The notes under the pieces are model-generated. The model ran no database searches, was not told the origin of the DNA, and was given only the letters and a program-made list of their open reading frames with translations. The position numbers and the translations under genes are program-made. Positions 60,501-64,000 of a DNA stretch of 64,000 bases are shown one piece after another; position 1 is the first letter of the stretch, and every line of letters begins with the position of its first letter. Location: positions 1,116,001 through 1,180,000 of the forward strand of contig NIVC01000038.1 of assembly GCA_002269645.1 (NCBI GenBank). Direction: 5' to 3'. The stretch comes from Macrostomum lignano (taxonomy: Eukaryota).

Positions 60501-63346
60501 CCGATGGCAGCGCAGGCAGGACGCCACGTTGCCCACGGCCAGATTGACATCTCCGAGGTCTCCCAGCGCAGTCTGCAGAAGCTTCGGGCATTCAGCAAGT
60601 CGAGCCGCTTCAAGAGCCGCTTGTCGATGGCGTAGAGCTCCGGGCAGGTCGCCAAGGCGCTCTCGCACCGCTGCCAAGCCTGACAGAGTCTTCGATGTCT
60701 GCTTTGAGCAGCCGGCCTCGGAGCAGGCGGCTAGGCTCAGCTCCAACGCTGTTTCAGCCTCTGGAAATCGACCCTGAAGCAGCAGAGTTCCGGCCAATCC
60801 CCTGTTTGCTTTCGCCATTTCAAGCGGAGGTATCGGACCCGGCGTCTGCGAATCTCGGTAGCAGCGTTCAGCATTAAGTAGATTACCGCATTGCAATTGA
60901 AGACTTCCCAGTCTACGATGCGCTCGTGTCTTAACTTTGCAGACCGTTTCATTGTCACTGGGGCGGGTGGCCGGTCCAGACAGGGCCGATAGAAGGTTCT
61001 TGTACGCGTCCAGCACAGTTTGAAGATCGCCTGACCGAGTAAACCCAGCCCGCACGCTCTGCCAGAGAGTGTCAGCCAGGCAATCGAGCGAGTCAATTCG
61101 GCTGTTGACGCCTGTCGATAAATCCGCAAGTTGACGCGCAAACTGCAGCGCATCTGACCAATGTCCCAGCGATCGACAGCTGCTGATCAAATCTTTCAGA
61201 CAGGCACTTTTCTGATGATGGTCAGCGCGCAGGTCGTTGAGCAGCGATAGGCGCTCAGAGTGTCGGCGCAAAGCGACTCGATGCTCGCCTCGAGCAGCCT
61301 GACAATGACCTGCGAAGGATGAGATCAGGTGGGAGGGGTTTTAGGTTGTTCTCAAAACACTTTCACCAATTTTTGAGTAACGTTTATCCAAAATATCATG
61401 GATTTTGATGATTAAAAACTGCCTGCGAGAGATAAGGTAATTATGGAGTGGGTGTGCTCACTGCCTGCGAGAGATAAGGTAATTATGGAGTGGGTGTGCT
61501 CACTGCCTGCGAGAGATTATGGAGTGGGTGTGCTCACTGCCTGCGAGAGATAAGGTAATTATGGAGTGGGTGTGCTCACTGCCTGCGAGAGATAAGGTAA
61601 TTATGGAGTTGGTGTGCTCACTGCCTGCGAGAGATAAGGTAATTATGGAGTGGGTGTGCTCACTGCCTGCGAGAGATAAGGTAATTATGGAGTGGGTGTG
61701 CTCACTGCCTGCGAGAGATAAGGTAATTATGGAGTGGGTGTGCTCACTGCCTGCGAGAGATAAGGTAATTATGGGGTGGGTGTGCTCACTGCCTATGGAC
61801 TTGTTAGTTATTCTCGTGCAATTTTATTTCCGCCAGAAATAACGGCTTGAATAAACTACAAGTTGCTCATCGTGTTTCGTTCGATATTTATTTACTTGTT
61901 TTACTCATCAAACCCTTTTTTAAGCTATTTAAACGGTAAGGTTTGAAAACTTTAAAAACAATTTTCGTCCTGGTCGAAATTTCGAAATTCTTACGTTTTT
62001 TCCTCACAGAGCATACCGTAAAAATCATAAATTGTCTTCGTCATAAATTCGCGTGCTTCACATTTTTCAAAGCCCTACTGACCCGGCTAAAGCACCCCCG
62101 GCGGAAAGGCCGTTGCATCAATTTTTCTTTTATCTCTCACTCTCATTTCGCCATCTCGACGGCTCCGCTACGGCAGCGTGACCAAAAGAAGCAAAAAAGC
62201 AGTTGCGTTTCTGGTGCTGCGTACATTGAAGAAGATTTCATATTTTACTCTGCCTCATTTGTCTCCTGCGTCTTGCTGCTTGGAGAGGGGTTGGGCATCT
62301 CTGCAACCCTCAGTGGGAGCCAGAAGCGCTCTTAAAAATGGGAAACAAACAGGCGGCATCCATTAGCCTCTGTTGCCGACAAAGAGAAAGGAGGAGAGGA
62401 GGCCAACTTTGACCAGCTTCAGTGCGTGGCGCATCAAAACAGACGAAAGCTAGAGGCAGAAGGAAATGCAATGCGGAAGTAAGGGTCAGGCGTACCCCCG
62501 ATTCTGAACGGCGAATAGAAGTGCAGCAGAGTGAAAGATTTTTTGAGGACACGGACACGGCTACGACGCTTGGTATGCTGCTTTGACCTGGATTGTGTTG
62601 ACATGTGTAGGACTACCAGTTTTGCTGCGTTCTGTAGTTCATTTAGAGGGTGATGCTGAGGTGTTTTGATTGAGGTCGAGTGGGTGATGCTGTGGTGTTT
62701 TGATTGAGGTCGAGTGGGTGATGCTGTGGTGTTTTGATTGAGGTCGATTGGGTGATGCTGTGGTGTTTTGATTGAGGTTGAGTGGGTGATGCTCTGGTGT
62801 TTTGATTGAGGTTGAGTGGGTGATGCTGTGGTGCTCCATGGCTGGTCGAGTGGGTGATGCTGTGGTGCTCCATGGTTGGTTGAGTGGATGATGCTGTGGT
62901 GCTCCATGGTTGGTCGAGTGGGTGATGCTGTGGTGCTCCATGGTTGGTCGAGTGGGTGATGCACAACTCACCGATTTCTCCAAGAGCCTCAGCCGCTGCC
63001 TCGTTGTCCTCCAGCCTCTGCGCTGTCTGCAGCTTTGTTTGAAACAGCTTCTCAGCCTCATCCGACACCGTGGATTCTGTAGAGGACTCGGACTCTCTCG
63101 CATTGCGCCAGTTTTGCTGCCCAGTCTGCCGCTGGCTGAGCATCGAGTTTCGAGTATCCATGCGGGTGTGAAGTCGTCCCAGTGTTGACTGCTCAAATGC
63201 CGAATTGGATGACAGTCTGGAGGTCGAATCCTGTTGGCAAAGTCTCAAACGGCGTCGCTCGAAACGCAACGCCTCCGCGCTGCGTCCCAGGGCTGAGAGG
63301 GCGGCGATCAGGTTGCCAAGGGCGCGGCTCTGCTCAGCTGAGTCGT
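57600..63346 (-). CDS. TTC28: TTC28-like TPR-repeat protein with a degenerate CHAT domain; the 5' exons lie beyond the window
   Basis: Exons 63346-62972 and 61309-57600 join in phase 1 to give the TPR LGEIG/HCQAARGEHRVALRRH. Many TPRs, a CHAT-like segment (VIHISMG, LVVISCS) and a TTC28-like C-terminal LTVPSTLWRRDGCHDLLSSVGFRL. Confidence 0.75.
61418..61795. repeat. 42-bp minisatellite in a TTC28-like intron
   Basis: ACTGCCTGCGAGAGATAAGGTAATTATGGAGTGGGTGTGCTC, about 9 copies. Confidence 0.97.
62650..62960. repeat. 34-bp minisatellite abutting the splice donor at 62971
   Basis: GTCGAGTGGGTGATGCTGTGGTGTTTTGATTGAG, about 9 copies. Confidence 0.92.
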
Positions 63347-63404
63347 CTGCGCGAGGCAGTTGAGGATGGGATCGGGAATCTTTTGAGATAACTGCCAAAA
63401 AACG

Positions 63405-63830
63405 TAGTTATGGGTTGGGGTGCTCACTGCCTGCGAGAGATAAGGTAATTATGGGGTGGGTGTGCTCACTGCCTGCGAGAGATAAGGTAATTATGGGGTG
63501 GGTGTGCTCACTGCCTGCGAGAGATAAGGTAATTATGGGGTGGGTGTGCTCACTGCCTGCGAGAGATAAGGTAATTATGGGGTGGGTGTGCTCACTGCCT
63601 GCGAGAGATAAGGTAATTATGGAGTGGATGTGCTCACTACCTGCGAGAGATAAGGTAATTATGGGGTGGATGTGCTCACTGCCTGCGAGAGATAAGGTAA
63701 TTATGGAGTGTGTGTGCTCACTGCCTGCGAGAGATAAGGTAATTATGGAGTTGGTGTGCTCACCGCCTGCGAGAGATAAGGTAATTATGGAGTTGGTGTG
63801 CTCACCGCCTGCGAGAGATAAGGTTATAAA
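63405..63830. repeat. second array of the same 42-bp minisatellite in the next intron
   Basis: Same unit as 61418-61795, about 10 copies. Confidence 0.97.
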
Positions 63831-64000
63831 ATAATTACTTTAAATAAATAATTGAAAAAATAGCGACTTAAATAAACCAGAAATTATGACCTGTGAGAGG
63901 AAGTCAGTACAAAAGTATTTTAAGGTATAAAAAGGTACAAACTATTGCAGGTTACTTGTTGTCGGGCCATCGTTCGTTTGAACTTAATCAACTGCCTTTA

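Noticed and set aside
61519-63834. MEWVCSLPARDKVI-repeat proteins
   Set aside because: The 42-bp unit is a multiple of three without stops and lies antisense inside introns of the TTC28-like gene.

Overview
Eukaryotic (metazoan) genomic DNA with GT-AG introns, many minisatellites and transposon relics. The style suggests a free-living flatworm such as Macrostomum, but that is an unverified inference. The most unusual segment is about 1.1-13.9 kb. It holds a Polinton/Maverick-type protein-primed family B DNA polymerase gene split by six phase-compatible spliceosomal introns, three of which fall inside catalytic motifs A, B and C. The gene has one in-frame TAA just before Exo I. No integrase, capsid, packaging ATPase or maturation protease gene is recognisable next to it in this window. 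Instead it is followed by about 6.5 kb of modular repeats and a convergent orphan gene with 43-45 nt mini-introns. The rest of the window contains two intronless class A GPCRs, a rearranged DIRS/Ngaro-type retroelement, an ankyrin-repeat TRP channel, a secreted LamG-like protein, a truncated Ty3/Gypsy element beside a fibrinogen-domain pseudogene, MITEs and tRNA-derived SINE-like pieces, LIS1, an ankyrin-repeat Mab-21/cGAS-like nucleotidyltransferase, and the 3' part of a TTC28-like TPR-CHAT gene. Clustered single-base frameshifts in some genes may be assembly errors. All splice models were worked out by hand and need RNA support.
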